64,000 bases of DNA, taken from an uncultured Arcobacteraceae bacterium (GTDB lineage Bacteria > Campylobacterota > Campylobacteria > Campylobacterales > Arcobacteraceae). The position numbers and the translations under genes are program-made. The DNA lies in contig CAXHZO010000007.1 of the NCBI GenBank assembly GCA_964022095.1, positions 19,391 through 83,390 on the forward strand. Direction: 5' to 3'. The notes beneath the pieces were generated by a model. It did not search any database and was not told the origin of the DNA. It saw only the letters and a list, made by a program, of their open reading frames with translations. Below are positions 8,237 to 17,999 of the stretch, one piece after another (within the stretch, counting starts at the first letter, position 1; each line of letters begins with the position of its first letter).

Positions 8237-9472
8237 TTGAATAAAATTTATGATGTAATAGTTATTGGTGGTGGACCTGCTGGAATATTAGCTGCTATTA
8301 GTGCAGCTAGTGAGAACAAATCTGTACTACTTTTAGAGAAACTTTCCAAAATAGCTGCAAAATTAAAAGCAACTGGTGGTGGAAAGTGTAATCTTACAAA
8401 TACTTTATCAACTGATGAATTTATGGGTAAGTTTGGTAAAAATGGAAGATTTATGAGTGATGCATTAAATCAATTTAATGCAGATGATTTAAGAAAATTT
8501 TTTTCTAGTATAGGAGTTGAAACAATATCAAGAGATGGCTTTAGAGTATTCCCTTTAAATCATAGTTCAAGTATTATTTTAACTGCATTAGATGATGAGA
8601 TACAAAGACTTGGAATAGATGTTGAATGTTCAGTAAAGATTGATAAAATACAAAAAGATGAAGAGATATTTACTTTATATTCAAATGATAAGACATATAC
8701 TTCAAAAAATATCATAATAGCAACTGGTGGTTTAGGTTATCCTGTTCTTGGAGCAACTGGTGATGGATACTCATATGCAAAAGAGTTTGGTCACAAAGTA
8801 ACTGATACTCATCCTGCTATGATGCCTCTTTTTACAAAAGAAAAGAACTTTGCAGCTTGTAAAGCAGATACTATTGCAAAAGCAATACTAAAAGTTGATA
8901 TCCCAAAATATAAGAAGTTAAAATTAACAGGGGATTTAATCTTTACAAAAGATGGTCTTAGAGGTCCTGTTATATTAGACTTCGCAAGAGAGATAACACC
9001 AATTCTTGCAAAATACAATGAAGTTCCACTTTTAATTAGTTTTTTAAAAGGTATGAATGAAGATCAAATATTCTCACATATTAAAAAACAAATTGCAAAC
9101 AAACCTGAAAGTACTATTTTAGAAAATTTAGAAACCTTACTAGCAACTAGTGTTGCAACACAAATTTGTAATATCAGTGAAGTTGATACATCTTTAAGAT
9201 TTAAACAAATTGAAGGTCAAAAAAGAGAGAAACTTGTAAAAACATTAGCTTGGACACCATTTACAATCACTGGACATGATGGTTTTAAACATGCCATGAT
9301 TACAAGAGGTGGAGTTGATTTAAAACAGATTGATCCAAAAACTATGCAAAGTAAACTAACAAATGGTTTATATTTCTGTGGAGAAGTTGTAAATATCGAT
9401 GGCCCTTGTGGTGGATACAATCTTCAATGGTCTTTTTCAAGTGGGTTTTTAGCAGGTAAATTAAAAAGTTAA
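8237..9472 (+). CDS. HI0933/YhiN-family FAD-dependent oxidoreductase
   Basis: TTG start. Dinucleotide fold DVIVIGGGPAGILAA. GGKCNLTN motif and C-terminal GEVVNIDGPCGGYNLQW, typical of the HI0933-like family. Confidence 0.85.
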   Translation: MNKIYDVIVIGGGPAGILAAISAASENKSVLLLEKLSKIAAKLKATGGGKCNLTNTLSTDEFMGKFGKNGRFMSDALNQFNADDLRKFFSSIGVETISRDGFRVFPLNHSSSIILTALDDEIQRLGIDVECSVKIDKIQKDEEIFTLYSNDKTYTSKNIIIATGGLGYPVLGATGDGYSYAKEFGHKVTDTHPAMMPLFTKEKNFAACKADTIAKAILKVDIPKYKKLKLTGDLIFTKDGLRGPVILDFAREITPILAKYNEVPLLISFLKGMNEDQIFSHIKKQIANKPESTILENLETLLATSVATQICNISEVDTSLRFKQIEGQKREKLVKTLAWTPFTITGHDGFKHAMITRGGVDLKQIDPKTMQSKLTNGLYFCGEVVNIDGPCGGYNLQWSFSSGFLAGKLKS

Positions 9473-9545
9473 TCTCAGTACATATTTACAAGGAAAATAA
9501 TATAATCATCACTAATATAATAATTAGAAAAGAGAATCTATCCTA

Positions 9546-11402
9546 GTGAATAATTTTAACGACAAGATAAATCTAATATGGCAAATAGCAGAAAGTTTAA
9601 GAGGGGTTTATAAACCTGAAAAATATGGTGATGTGATATTACCAATATGCGTGATTAAGAGATTTGATGAAATAATAAGTGAAAAAAAAGATGATATAGA
9701 AAAAGCTTACAATTTATATAAAGATATTCCACAAGAGTCACAAGAAGAGCTTATAAAAACTGAACTTGATGGTTTAGACTTTTATAATATCTCAGTTTTT
9801 TCCTTTGATAATTTATGTGATGACCAAGATAACCTAAAAGAAAATTTTATAAACTATTTACAAGGGTTTTCTTCAAATATCAAAGATATTATAGCTCACT
9901 TTGATTTCAACAAAGAGATAGACAAATTAGCAAAAAACAATCAACTTTATCATGTAATAGATGAGTTTAACAACGTAGATTTACACCCAAATAGAGTAGA
10001 TAATCAAACTATGGGTTATATTTTTGAAGAGTTAATTAGAAAGTTTAAAGAAAATGCAGAAGCAGGAGACCACTACACTCCAAGAGAAGTAATCGAGCTT
10101 TGTATGAGAATGCTTTTTATGGGAAAAGAAAAACAAATCAAAACAAAAGGTAAAGTTATCTCAATAGCTGATTTTTGTTGTGGTACTGGTGGTATGTTAT
10201 CAGTTGGTCACAAAGATATACTAAAACAAAACCCAAGTGCAAAAGTAGAGCTATACGGACAAGAGATAAATGACGAATCTTACGCTATTTGTAAAGCTGA
10301 TATGCTTATCAAAGGACAAGATACAAATAACATAGCCTTTGGAAATACACTTACAGATGATGGGCATAAAGGTAAAAACTATAGATTTCTTATCTCAAAC
10401 CCACCTTTTGGAGTACAGTGGAAAAAAGAACAAGCTTATGTAAAAGCAGAACATGAATCTTATGGTTTTGAAGGAAGATTTGGAGCAGGAGTACCAAGAG
10501 TTAGTGATGGTTCACTTCTTTTCTTACAAAATATGATAAATAAGATGTATAAAGATGAAGAGGGAAGCCGTCTTGCTATCATCTTCAATGGCTCACCACT
10601 TTTCACAGGTGATGCAGGTAGTGGTGAGAGTGAAATAAGACGATGGATTATTGAAAAAGATATGTTAGAAGGAATTATATCTTTACCAACTGACCTTTTT
10701 TACAATACGGGGATTTCTACATATATTTGGGTTCTTAGCACATCAAAAAGTGATGAGAGAAAAGGCAAAATACAGCTTGTAAATGGAAGTGAGTTTTCAA
10801 AATCTATGAGAAAATCACTTGGAAGTAAAAGAAAGTTTATAAGTGATGAACAAATAGAAGAGTTAGAAGCATACTATAAAGAGTTTGATAACTATAAAGA
10901 TTCTAAATACTCTAAAGTATTTGATAATAGTGATTTTGGTTTTACAAAAGTTACAGTGGAGCGACCAAAGAATCTAGCTGAAATACTTGAAGATGAAAAA
11001 GACAAAGATAAGTTTTATACAATTGCTCCAACGGTAAGAGAAGTTGTAGAAGAAAAGTTATTGGAAATAGAAGAAAAAAGATTAGAGTTTAAATCTAAAA
11101 AAGAATTTCTTTCTTTTCTTGGGGTGACTTTAACTGCTTCAAGACAAAATGTACTAATATCAAAAGATAGTGAATCAATACCACTTAAAAAAGATATACA
11201 AGAGTACTACAAAGAAGAGGTAAAACCTCATTTAGTTTCATCATGGCTTGATGAAAGTACTTTTGATAACATAGGTTATGAAATACCTTTTACTAGACAC
11301 TTTTATGAGTATAAAAAGCTAGATAGTTTTGAAAATATCATGGTAGATATAAAAGAGCTAGAATCTAGTATAAATGATAATTTAAAAGAGTTGTTAGCCT
11401 AA
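9546..11402 (+). CDS. hsdM: type I restriction-modification system methyltransferase subunit HsdM
   Basis: GTG start. HsdM N-terminal domain (WQIAESLRG). SAM motif DFCCGTGGML. Catalytic NPPFG (LISNPPFGVQW). Confidence 0.9.
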   Translation: MNNFNDKINLIWQIAESLRGVYKPEKYGDVILPICVIKRFDEIISEKKDDIEKAYNLYKDIPQESQEELIKTELDGLDFYNISVFSFDNLCDDQDNLKENFINYLQGFSSNIKDIIAHFDFNKEIDKLAKNNQLYHVIDEFNNVDLHPNRVDNQTMGYIFEELIRKFKENAEAGDHYTPREVIELCMRMLFMGKEKQIKTKGKVISIADFCCGTGGMLSVGHKDILKQNPSAKVELYGQEINDESYAICKADMLIKGQDTNNIAFGNTLTDDGHKGKNYRFLISNPPFGVQWKKEQAYVKAEHESYGFEGRFGAGVPRVSDGSLLFLQNMINKMYKDEEGSRLAIIFNGSPLFTGDAGSGESEIRRWIIEKDMLEGIISLPTDLFYNTGISTYIWVLSTSKSDERKGKIQLVNGSEFSKSMRKSLGSKRKFISDEQIEELEAYYKEFDNYKDSKYSKVFDNSDFGFTKVTVERPKNLAEILEDEKDKDKFYTIAPTVREVVEEKLLEIEEKRLEFKSKKEFLSFLGVTLTASRQNVLISKDSESIPLKKDIQEYYKEEVKPHLVSSWLDESTFDNIGYEIPFTRHFYEYKKLDSFENIMVDIKELESSINDNLKELLA

Positions 11403-12766
11403 TGCAATATAGAGTAAGAAAACAAAGTGAGCTTAAGCCAAGTGGTGTTGAGTGGCTTGGAGATATTCCAAATACATGGAGTTTTTCTAGACTAAGTTAT
11501 AATATAAAATTATTAAATGGTTATGCATTCAGTTCTACAATACATCACGGTGATGGCATTAATATTATCAAAATGAGTAACTTAAAGGATGGTAATATAA
11601 TCTTTAAGGATAATAATCAAAAGTTTAATATTACTGATAAGTTGAGTAAATTTCTTTTAAAGGAAAATGATATTTTAATTGGATTATCTGGTAGTATTGA
11701 AAACTTTGCAGTAGTAAAAAACAACCACTTACCAGCATATTTAAATCAGAGAGTATGTTCTTTGAGGGCGACAAATAATATATTAAATCAATTTATATGT
11801 TATATTATTCTTAGTAAATATTTTAAAGAACAGATTCAAGTTAATATAACAGGTTCTACAATTGTTAACTTAAGTACTGAATCATTAGAACGTGTAAAAG
11901 TTTTAGTTCCCAATATTTCTAAACAAGAGAAAATAATATTCTTCTTGAATAAAAAAACACAAATATTCGATGACTCTATCTCAAAAAAAGAGGAGCTTAT
12001 CACTAAACTTGAAAAGGCAAAACAATCTTTGATAAGTGAAGTAGTGACAGGAAAACTAAAAGTTATCGAAAAAAATGAAAAACTACAAACTATAAAAAGA
12101 GAAAAAGAAGAACTAAAACCAAGTAAGGTTGAATGGCTTGGGTATATTCCAAAAGATTGGCAAGTTAAAAAATTAGGATATGTCTTCAAATTTAAAAATG
12201 GTGTAAATGCTGATTCCTCAAGCTATGGAAAAGGTTTAAAGTTTATTAATGTAAAAGAGACTATTAATACTGATTTTATTTTAGAAAAAGATATAGAAGG
12301 TTCAGTTAATGTTCCTGAATCTATTATAAAAGAAAATTTACTCCAAAAAGGGGATGTACTTTTTAATAGAACATCTGAAACAGCTGAGGAAATAGCTTTA
12401 AGTACGGTTTATTATGATGATGCAAAAGCTTTATTTGGTGGCTTTGTTATAAGAGGACGACAAATTACAAATGATTTAGATTTGGATTTTAAAAGATACT
12501 GTTTTCAATCATATGAAATAAGAAAACAAATAATATCATTTGCTAGTGGAAGTATTAGAAAAAATATCGCACAAACAAATTTAAAAGATGTATATCTTAC
12601 TTTTCCAAATATAGATGAACAAAAACAAATATCAAAATACCTTGACGAAAAAATAAAAACATTTGATAACACAATCGAAAAAACAAAACAAAGCATAACA
12701 AAACTAAAACAAGCCAAAGAATCACTTATCAGTGAAGCAGTGACAGGAAAAATTGAGATTTTATAA
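11402..12766 (+). CDS. hsdS: type I R-M specificity subunit HsdS (two target-recognition domains)
   Basis: Duplicated architecture: ELKPSGVEWLGDIPNTW / ELKPSKVEWLGYIPKDW, and conserved helices LISEVVTGKLKV / LISEAVTGKIEIL. ATG overlaps the hsdM stop (TAATG). Confidence 0.9.
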   Translation: MQYRVRKQSELKPSGVEWLGDIPNTWSFSRLSYNIKLLNGYAFSSTIHHGDGINIIKMSNLKDGNIIFKDNNQKFNITDKLSKFLLKENDILIGLSGSIENFAVVKNNHLPAYLNQRVCSLRATNNILNQFICYIILSKYFKEQIQVNITGSTIVNLSTESLERVKVLVPNISKQEKIIFFLNKKTQIFDDSISKKEELITKLEKAKQSLISEVVTGKLKVIEKNEKLQTIKREKEELKPSKVEWLGYIPKDWQVKKLGYVFKFKNGVNADSSSYGKGLKFINVKETINTDFILEKDIEGSVNVPESIIKENLLQKGDVLFNRTSETAEEIALSTVYYDDAKALFGGFVIRGRQITNDLDLDFKRYCFQSYEIRKQIISFASGSIRKNIAQTNLKDVYLTFPNIDEQKQISKYLDEKIKTFDNTIEKTKQSITKLKQAKESLISEAVTGKIEIL

Positions 12767-12775
12767 AGGAAAAAG

Positions 12776-13804
12776 ATGAGCGAATTAATAGAAAACAAAA
12801 ACTTACTAAATGAATTAAAACTTTTAATCAGTGATACAAAACAGAAAGTAACTATTAGTGTAAACTCATCTTTAACACTTCTTTATTGGAATATTGGTAA
12901 AAAAATTCAAGATGATATTATCAAAACTGATAGGGCAAATTATGGAGAGCAAATTGTGCAGACAGTGAGTGCACAATTGGTCAAAGAGTTTGGTAAAGGT
13001 TATGCCAAAAGAAATATTTTGAATATGATTAGGTTTTATAAGGTCTTTTCTGATGAAAGAAAAGTGCATTCACTGAGTACACAATTGTCTTGGACTCATT
13101 TTAAAACATTGATTTATATAGAAGATGAACTAAAAAGAACTTTTTATATAGAAATGACAAAGCTTGACAAGTGGAGTACAAGAACTTTACAAGATAGAAT
13201 AGACTCACAACTTTATGAAAGAACAGCTTTATCTAAAAAAAGTGATGAGCTTATATCAACTGAACTTAAAAACCTAAAACAAGGTGAAGTAAAAACAAAT
13301 ATGCTTTTAAAAGACCCCTATGTTTTAGACTTTTTAGAGTTAAAAGATAGATATTTAGAAAAAGATTTAGAAGATGCTATTTTAAGAGATATAGAGAGTT
13401 TTATATTGGAGCTTGGACATGGTTTTACTTTTGTGGCAAGACAAAAAAGAGTTCAAATAGGCGATGATGATTTTTATATTGATTTACTTTTTTATAATAG
13501 AAAATTAAAAAGATTAATAGCTATTGATTTAAAACTAGGAAGATTTAAAGCTGAGTATAAAGGTCAAATGGAATTATACTTAAAATACTTAGAAAAATAT
13601 GAGATGGAAGAGGGTGAACAAAGCCCTATGGGAATCATACTATGCTCTTCAAAAAATGAAGAGCAAATAGAGTTACTTGAACTTGAAAAAAGCTCAATTC
13701 ATGTGGCAAAATACCTTACGATACTTCCACCAAAAGATGAGTTTGAAAAAAGACTTCATCAAGCTATACAAAAAGCAAAAGAAAAATATCAAATCAAGGA
13801 ATAG
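12776..13804 (+). CDS. DUF1016 / YhcG-like PD-(D/E)XK nuclease family protein
   Basis: N-terminal YhcG-type helical region (LYWNIGKKI, LSWTHFKTLI). C-terminal nuclease core IDLLFYNRKLKRLIAIDLKLGRF. Confidence 0.8.
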   Translation: MSELIENKNLLNELKLLISDTKQKVTISVNSSLTLLYWNIGKKIQDDIIKTDRANYGEQIVQTVSAQLVKEFGKGYAKRNILNMIRFYKVFSDERKVHSLSTQLSWTHFKTLIYIEDELKRTFYIEMTKLDKWSTRTLQDRIDSQLYERTALSKKSDELISTELKNLKQGEVKTNMLLKDPYVLDFLELKDRYLEKDLEDAILRDIESFILELGHGFTFVARQKRVQIGDDDFYIDLLFYNRKLKRLIAIDLKLGRFKAEYKGQMELYLKYLEKYEMEEGEQSPMGIILCSSKNEEQIELLELEKSSIHVAKYLTILPPKDEFEKRLHQAIQKAKEKYQIKE

Positions 13805-13807
13805 TTT

Positions 13808-16777
13808 ATGGCTCAGATTTTAGAAAAAGACATAGAGGAACTTATAGAAGATTCTCTTATTGACAATGGATATAGACAAACAAAAAGTGAAGAGTTTGAT
13901 AAAAAATATTGTTTTAATAAGCTTGATATGATAAAGTTTTTAGAGGAAACTCAAAGTGAACTATTAGAAGAGTTTAAAAGCTCTCGTCCTCAAAACTGGC
14001 AAGAAAAACTACTTGATTTAATAAGCTTGGATATTAAAAGAAAAGGCTTGATAAAAGTACTAAGAGAAGGAGTTGAGGATTTTTCTTTGTCTTCAAATCT
14101 AAAGCTAGTATATTTCAAACCAAACAACAATAAAAACCTAGATACTGTAGAAAGGTATGAGAAAAATAGGTTTTCTATTACTAGGCAACTTTACTTTGAA
14201 AATACAGCAAAAACTTCTATTGATTTAGTACTGTTTCTAAATGGACTTCCAATAGTTGTAATGGAGCTAAAAAACAAATACACAGGTCAAAACACAAAAG
14301 AAGCAGAAAAACAATTTAGACTTGATAGAAGTTATAAAAATACACTAACACAGTTTAACCAAAGAGCATTGATATATTTTGCTTTAGATAATGATGAGGT
14401 ATCAATGGCTACAGAGCTTAAAGGAAAAGATACTTTCTTTTTACCTTTTAACAAAGGTTTTGAAAATGGATCAGGAAATCCAATCGTTAAAGGTAAGTTA
14501 AAAACACATTATTTATGGGAAGAAATACTTTTAAAAGACTCTTTACTTGATATATTCAGAAACTTTTATTTTATTCAAGAAGATACAAAAACAGATAAAA
14601 AAATAGCAATATTTCCAAGGTTTCATCAACTAGATGTGGTGAAAAGTTTAGAGAAAACAGTTAAAGAAGAAAAGTCAGGACATAAGTATCTTCTACAACA
14701 TAGTGCAGGAAGTGGTAAGACAAACTCTATTTCGTGGCTGGCTCACAGACTTTCAAAACTGCATGACGAAGAAGAAAATCCTATCTTTGATAGTGTATTA
14801 GTCCTAACTGATAGAAAGGTATTAGATAAACAGCTTCAAGACGCTATTTATCAACTTGATAAAACAAGGGGAATAGTAGTAAAAATAGATAAAAACAAAA
14901 CTTCAAAAGATTTGGCAGAAGCTTTAAAAAAAGGCTCAAAGATTATTATTACTACTATTCAAAAATTTTCACACGCATATAAAGAACTAGATAAATTAGA
15001 TAAGAAAAAGTATGCCATTATCATAGATGAAGCACACTCAAGTACAAGTGGTGAAAATATGAACTATCTTAAGCTTTCCCTTGCAGGAAAAACACTAGAA
15101 GAAGCAAAAGAGTTAGAAAAACAGTATGATGAGACAAGTGAAGATAAACTAAATAATATCATAGATGCTATTACAAATACAGGACATTTGAGTTTCTTTG
15201 CTTTTACTGCAACGCCAAAAGATAAAACTATGCAAATTTTTGGAAGAGAGGGCAAAGATGATAAGCCCCATGAGTTCCATCTTTATTCTATGCGACAAGC
15301 AATTGAAGAAGGATTTATCTTAGACCCTCTTAGAAACTATATGGTAAGTGATACTTATTTTAAAATTGGTAAAAAAATCAAAGATAATCCAGAGTTTGAA
15401 AAAACAGCAGCCAATAAAGCTATAGGTACATTTATAAACCTACACGAACATAATATTGAACAAAAAGTTGAAACTATAGTAGAAGATTTTATGGCAAATA
15501 GACAAGGATGGTTAAAACAAAAAGCAAAAGCTATGATAGTTACTGGTTCAAGACTTCATGCTTTAAAGTATAAGTTGGCTATGGATAAGTACTTAGCTTC
15601 AAACTACCCACATATCAAGTCACTTATAGCGTTTTCAGGTGAGCTTGAAATGGATGAAGAAAAATACACAGAAGAGAGCGTAAATCACATAAAAGAGAGT
15701 GAATTACCTGAGGTATTTGATACAGTAAATGAAGTAAAGTTTTTAATAGTTGCTGATAAATACCAAACAGGCTTTGACCAGCCAAAACTTTGTGCTATGT
15801 ATGTTGATAAAATGCTAAATGGCGTAACATCAGTCCAAACACTATCAAGACTAAATAGAGTTACAAAAGGCAAAGATAATACTTTTGTATTAGACTTTGT
15901 AAATGAAGTAGATACGATACGGGAATCTTTTGCTAGATATTACACAGCTTCAAATATACAAAAAGTAACTGACCCAAATATCGTGTTTGAGTTCTATCAT
16001 AAAATTGATGAGTTTCATATCTGTTATCAAGATGAGATAAGTGAGTATTGTAAATTGTACTTTAAAGATGAAAGAGATGTTTCAGATATTGCAAATATGG
16101 ATAATCTCGTAAATTTTGCTATTGAGCGATTTTTAAAGCTTGATGATGAGAAAAAACAAGAAGAGTTTAAAACATATGTGATTAAGTATTTTAGGTCATA
16201 TAACTTTTTGATGCAAATTTATGCATTTAGAAAACTGAGTTTATATGAAATGTATATTTTCTTAGGCTCACTAATCAAAAAGTTCCCTAAAGATAATACC
16301 TTTACAAAACTAGAATTAGATGAATTACTTAGCCTTGATTTTTATAAACTAAAAAGAATGAATGGTACAGAAACAAAAGGTGAAGATATATCACTTGAAA
16401 GAGGTGATGAAAAAGAGTTAAAAGGCTTTTCAAGTGGTGGAAGTAGAAAAAAAGATAAAGTTGAAGAGGATTTAGATAGTTTAATTCAAAGAATAAATGA
16501 CCTATTTGGGATGGATTTAAGCGAAGAAGATAGACTGGCTTTCTATGACCAACCTTTACAATCTCATATGGCAAATGAAGAGTTAAAAGATATTGCAACT
16601 GTGAATAACTACGATGAGTTTGAAACACAGTTTAAAAAAGACTTTTTCTTAAAAACAATAGTAAATAAAAAAAGTGTGAATGAAGAGTTGTTTCATAAGA
16701 TATTTACAGATAGTAGTTTTAAGTCATATTTGATTGAAAATATGTCTAAGGAGTTATATAGACATTTTAATAGTTAA
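13808..16777 (+). CDS. hsdR: type I restriction endonuclease subunit HsdR
   Basis: N-terminal PD-(D/E)XK (IDLVLFLNGLPIVVMELKN). Helicase motif I QHSAGSGKT, motif II IIDEAH, later TATP and QTLSRLNR. Confidence 0.9.
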   Translation: MAQILEKDIEELIEDSLIDNGYRQTKSEEFDKKYCFNKLDMIKFLEETQSELLEEFKSSRPQNWQEKLLDLISLDIKRKGLIKVLREGVEDFSLSSNLKLVYFKPNNNKNLDTVERYEKNRFSITRQLYFENTAKTSIDLVLFLNGLPIVVMELKNKYTGQNTKEAEKQFRLDRSYKNTLTQFNQRALIYFALDNDEVSMATELKGKDTFFLPFNKGFENGSGNPIVKGKLKTHYLWEEILLKDSLLDIFRNFYFIQEDTKTDKKIAIFPRFHQLDVVKSLEKTVKEEKSGHKYLLQHSAGSGKTNSISWLAHRLSKLHDEEENPIFDSVLVLTDRKVLDKQLQDAIYQLDKTRGIVVKIDKNKTSKDLAEALKKGSKIIITTIQKFSHAYKELDKLDKKKYAIIIDEAHSSTSGENMNYLKLSLAGKTLEEAKELEKQYDETSEDKLNNIIDAITNTGHLSFFAFTATPKDKTMQIFGREGKDDKPHEFHLYSMRQAIEEGFILDPLRNYMVSDTYFKIGKKIKDNPEFEKTAANKAIGTFINLHEHNIEQKVETIVEDFMANRQGWLKQKAKAMIVTGSRLHALKYKLAMDKYLASNYPHIKSLIAFSGELEMDEEKYTEESVNHIKESELPEVFDTVNEVKFLIVADKYQTGFDQPKLCAMYVDKMLNGVTSVQTLSRLNRVTKGKDNTFVLDFVNEVDTIRESFARYYTASNIQKVTDPNIVFEFYHKIDEFHICYQDEISEYCKLYFKDERDVSDIANMDNLVNFAIERFLKLDDEKKQEEFKTYVIKYFRSYNFLMQIYAFRKLSLYEMYIFLGSLIKKFPKDNTFTKLELDELLSLDFYKLKRMNGTETKGEDISLERGDEKELKGFSSGGSRKKDKVEEDLDSLIQRINDLFGMDLSEEDRLAFYDQPLQSHMANEELKDIATVNNYDEFETQFKKDFFLKTIVNKKSVNEELFHKIFTDSSFKSYLIENMSKELYRHFNS

Positions 16778-16793
16778 TTGTAGTTTAAAATTA

Positions 16794-16834
16794 TTTTGTT
16801 CTAAAAATACATAAGAAATTAAAAAAATTATACT
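16794..16834 (+). promoter_or_regulatory. 22-nt conserved motif TTTTGTTCTAAAAATACATAAG plus TATACT -10-like box upstream of hypB
   Basis: 21/22 identity with 5116-5137. The -10-like hexamer at 16829-16834 has the same spacing as in the nik promoter. Confidence 0.45.
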
Positions 16835-16913
16835 TCCTTTAGACTTTTTGAGTTAAACTTTATAAAATGAATAGAGATTCACAAAAGACTTAACAATAAA
16901 AAAGGAATAAAAT

Positions 16914-17702
16914 ATGTGTAAAGATTGCGGTTGTAGTATAACAGACCATCACCACCACGATCATGACCATAGTCATGACCATGCACACTCACATGATAGT
17001 GCTTCACATCAAGCAGCTCATGAAACACTTCATCATAACCCTCAATTAAATGATGCAAAGACAGTTTCAGTAATCAAAAAAATTCTTGATAAAAATGACC
17101 ATGAAGCTTCTCACAACAGAGCTCATTTTGATAACCACAAAGTTTTAGGAATAAACTTAATGTCAAGTCCAGGTAGTGGTAAGACTACTTTACTAGAGCA
17201 TATGGCTGATTTAGTTGATTTTAAATATGGTGTTGTTGAAGGTGATTTAGAAACAAATAGAGATGCTGATAGATTAATTGCAAAAGATATTAAAGCAGTT
17301 CAAATTCAAACTGGTAGTGCATGTCATTTAGATGCGTTTATGGTCCATAAAGGTTTACATGATATGCCTTTAGATGATTTAGATGTATGTTTTGTAGAAA
17401 ATGTAGGAAATTTAGTTTGTCCCGCTTCTTATGATGTAGGAACGCATTTAAATATAGTACTTGTAAGTGTACCAGAGGGTGAAGATAAGATTGCTAAATA
17501 TCCAGTTATGTTTAGAGCAGCAGATTTAATACTTATTACAAAAACTGATTTACTTCCATACTTTGAATATGATATAGAAAAAGAAAAAGCAGAAGCTAGA
17601 AAACTAAAACCAAATGTAGATATCTTAGAAGTAAGTACAAAAGATAAAGATTCAATGCAAGCAGTTGTTGATTGGATTAATTTTAAAAGAAAGATGAGAT
17701 AG
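16914..17702 (+). CDS. hypB: hydrogenase nickel-incorporation GTPase HypB (His-rich N-terminus)
   Basis: N-terminal CKDCGC Ni site. His-rich tract HHHHDHDHSHDHAHSHD. P-loop SSPGSGKTT. ENVGNLVCP metal-binding motif. Confidence 0.95.
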   Translation: MCKDCGCSITDHHHHDHDHSHDHAHSHDSASHQAAHETLHHNPQLNDAKTVSVIKKILDKNDHEASHNRAHFDNHKVLGINLMSSPGSGKTTLLEHMADLVDFKYGVVEGDLETNRDADRLIAKDIKAVQIQTGSACHLDAFMVHKGLHDMPLDDLDVCFVENVGNLVCPASYDVGTHLNIVLVSVPEGEDKIAKYPVMFRAADLILITKTDLLPYFEYDIEKEKAEARKLKPNVDILEVSTKDKDSMQAVVDWINFKRKMR

Positions 17703-17706
17703 TAAT

Positions 17707-17988
17707 ATGTGTTTATCAATACCTTCAAAAATTAAAAGTATAGATACGCAAATGAATACTTGTGTAGTAGATACTATGGGAGTTGAAAGAAGTGCTAGTT
17801 TAGATTTAATAGATAAAGAAGTACAAATAGGGGATTATGTATTAATTCATATTGGTTTTGCTATGAATAAGATTGATGAAGAGGATGCCTTAGAGTCACT
17901 AAAAGTCTATCAAGAGATAATTGATAAGATGGAAGAAGAAGATCGCTTAGCAGCAATTGAAGAATCTGATAATTGTCCCAATAGATAA
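17707..17988 (+). CDS. hypC: hydrogenase maturation chaperone HypC
   Basis: Diagnostic N-terminus MCLSIPSKI. 93 aa. Confidence 0.9.
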   Translation: MCLSIPSKIKSIDTQMNTCVVDTMGVERSASLDLIDKEVQIGDYVLIHIGFAMNKIDEEDALESLKVYQEIIDKMEEEDRLAAIEESDNCPNR

Positions 17989-17999
17989 GTAGAAATATT

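Noticed and set aside
5116-16815. The two 22-nt motif copies read as direct repeats (att-like) bounding an 11.7 kb island.
   Set aside because: The enclosed segment includes the nickel transporter, which belongs functionally with hyp. No integrase or tRNA is present. Both copies sit at the same distance from a -10-like box and an operon start, which fits a promoter/operator element better than recombination scars. No inverted copy exists at the far side of the IS1595-like gene.
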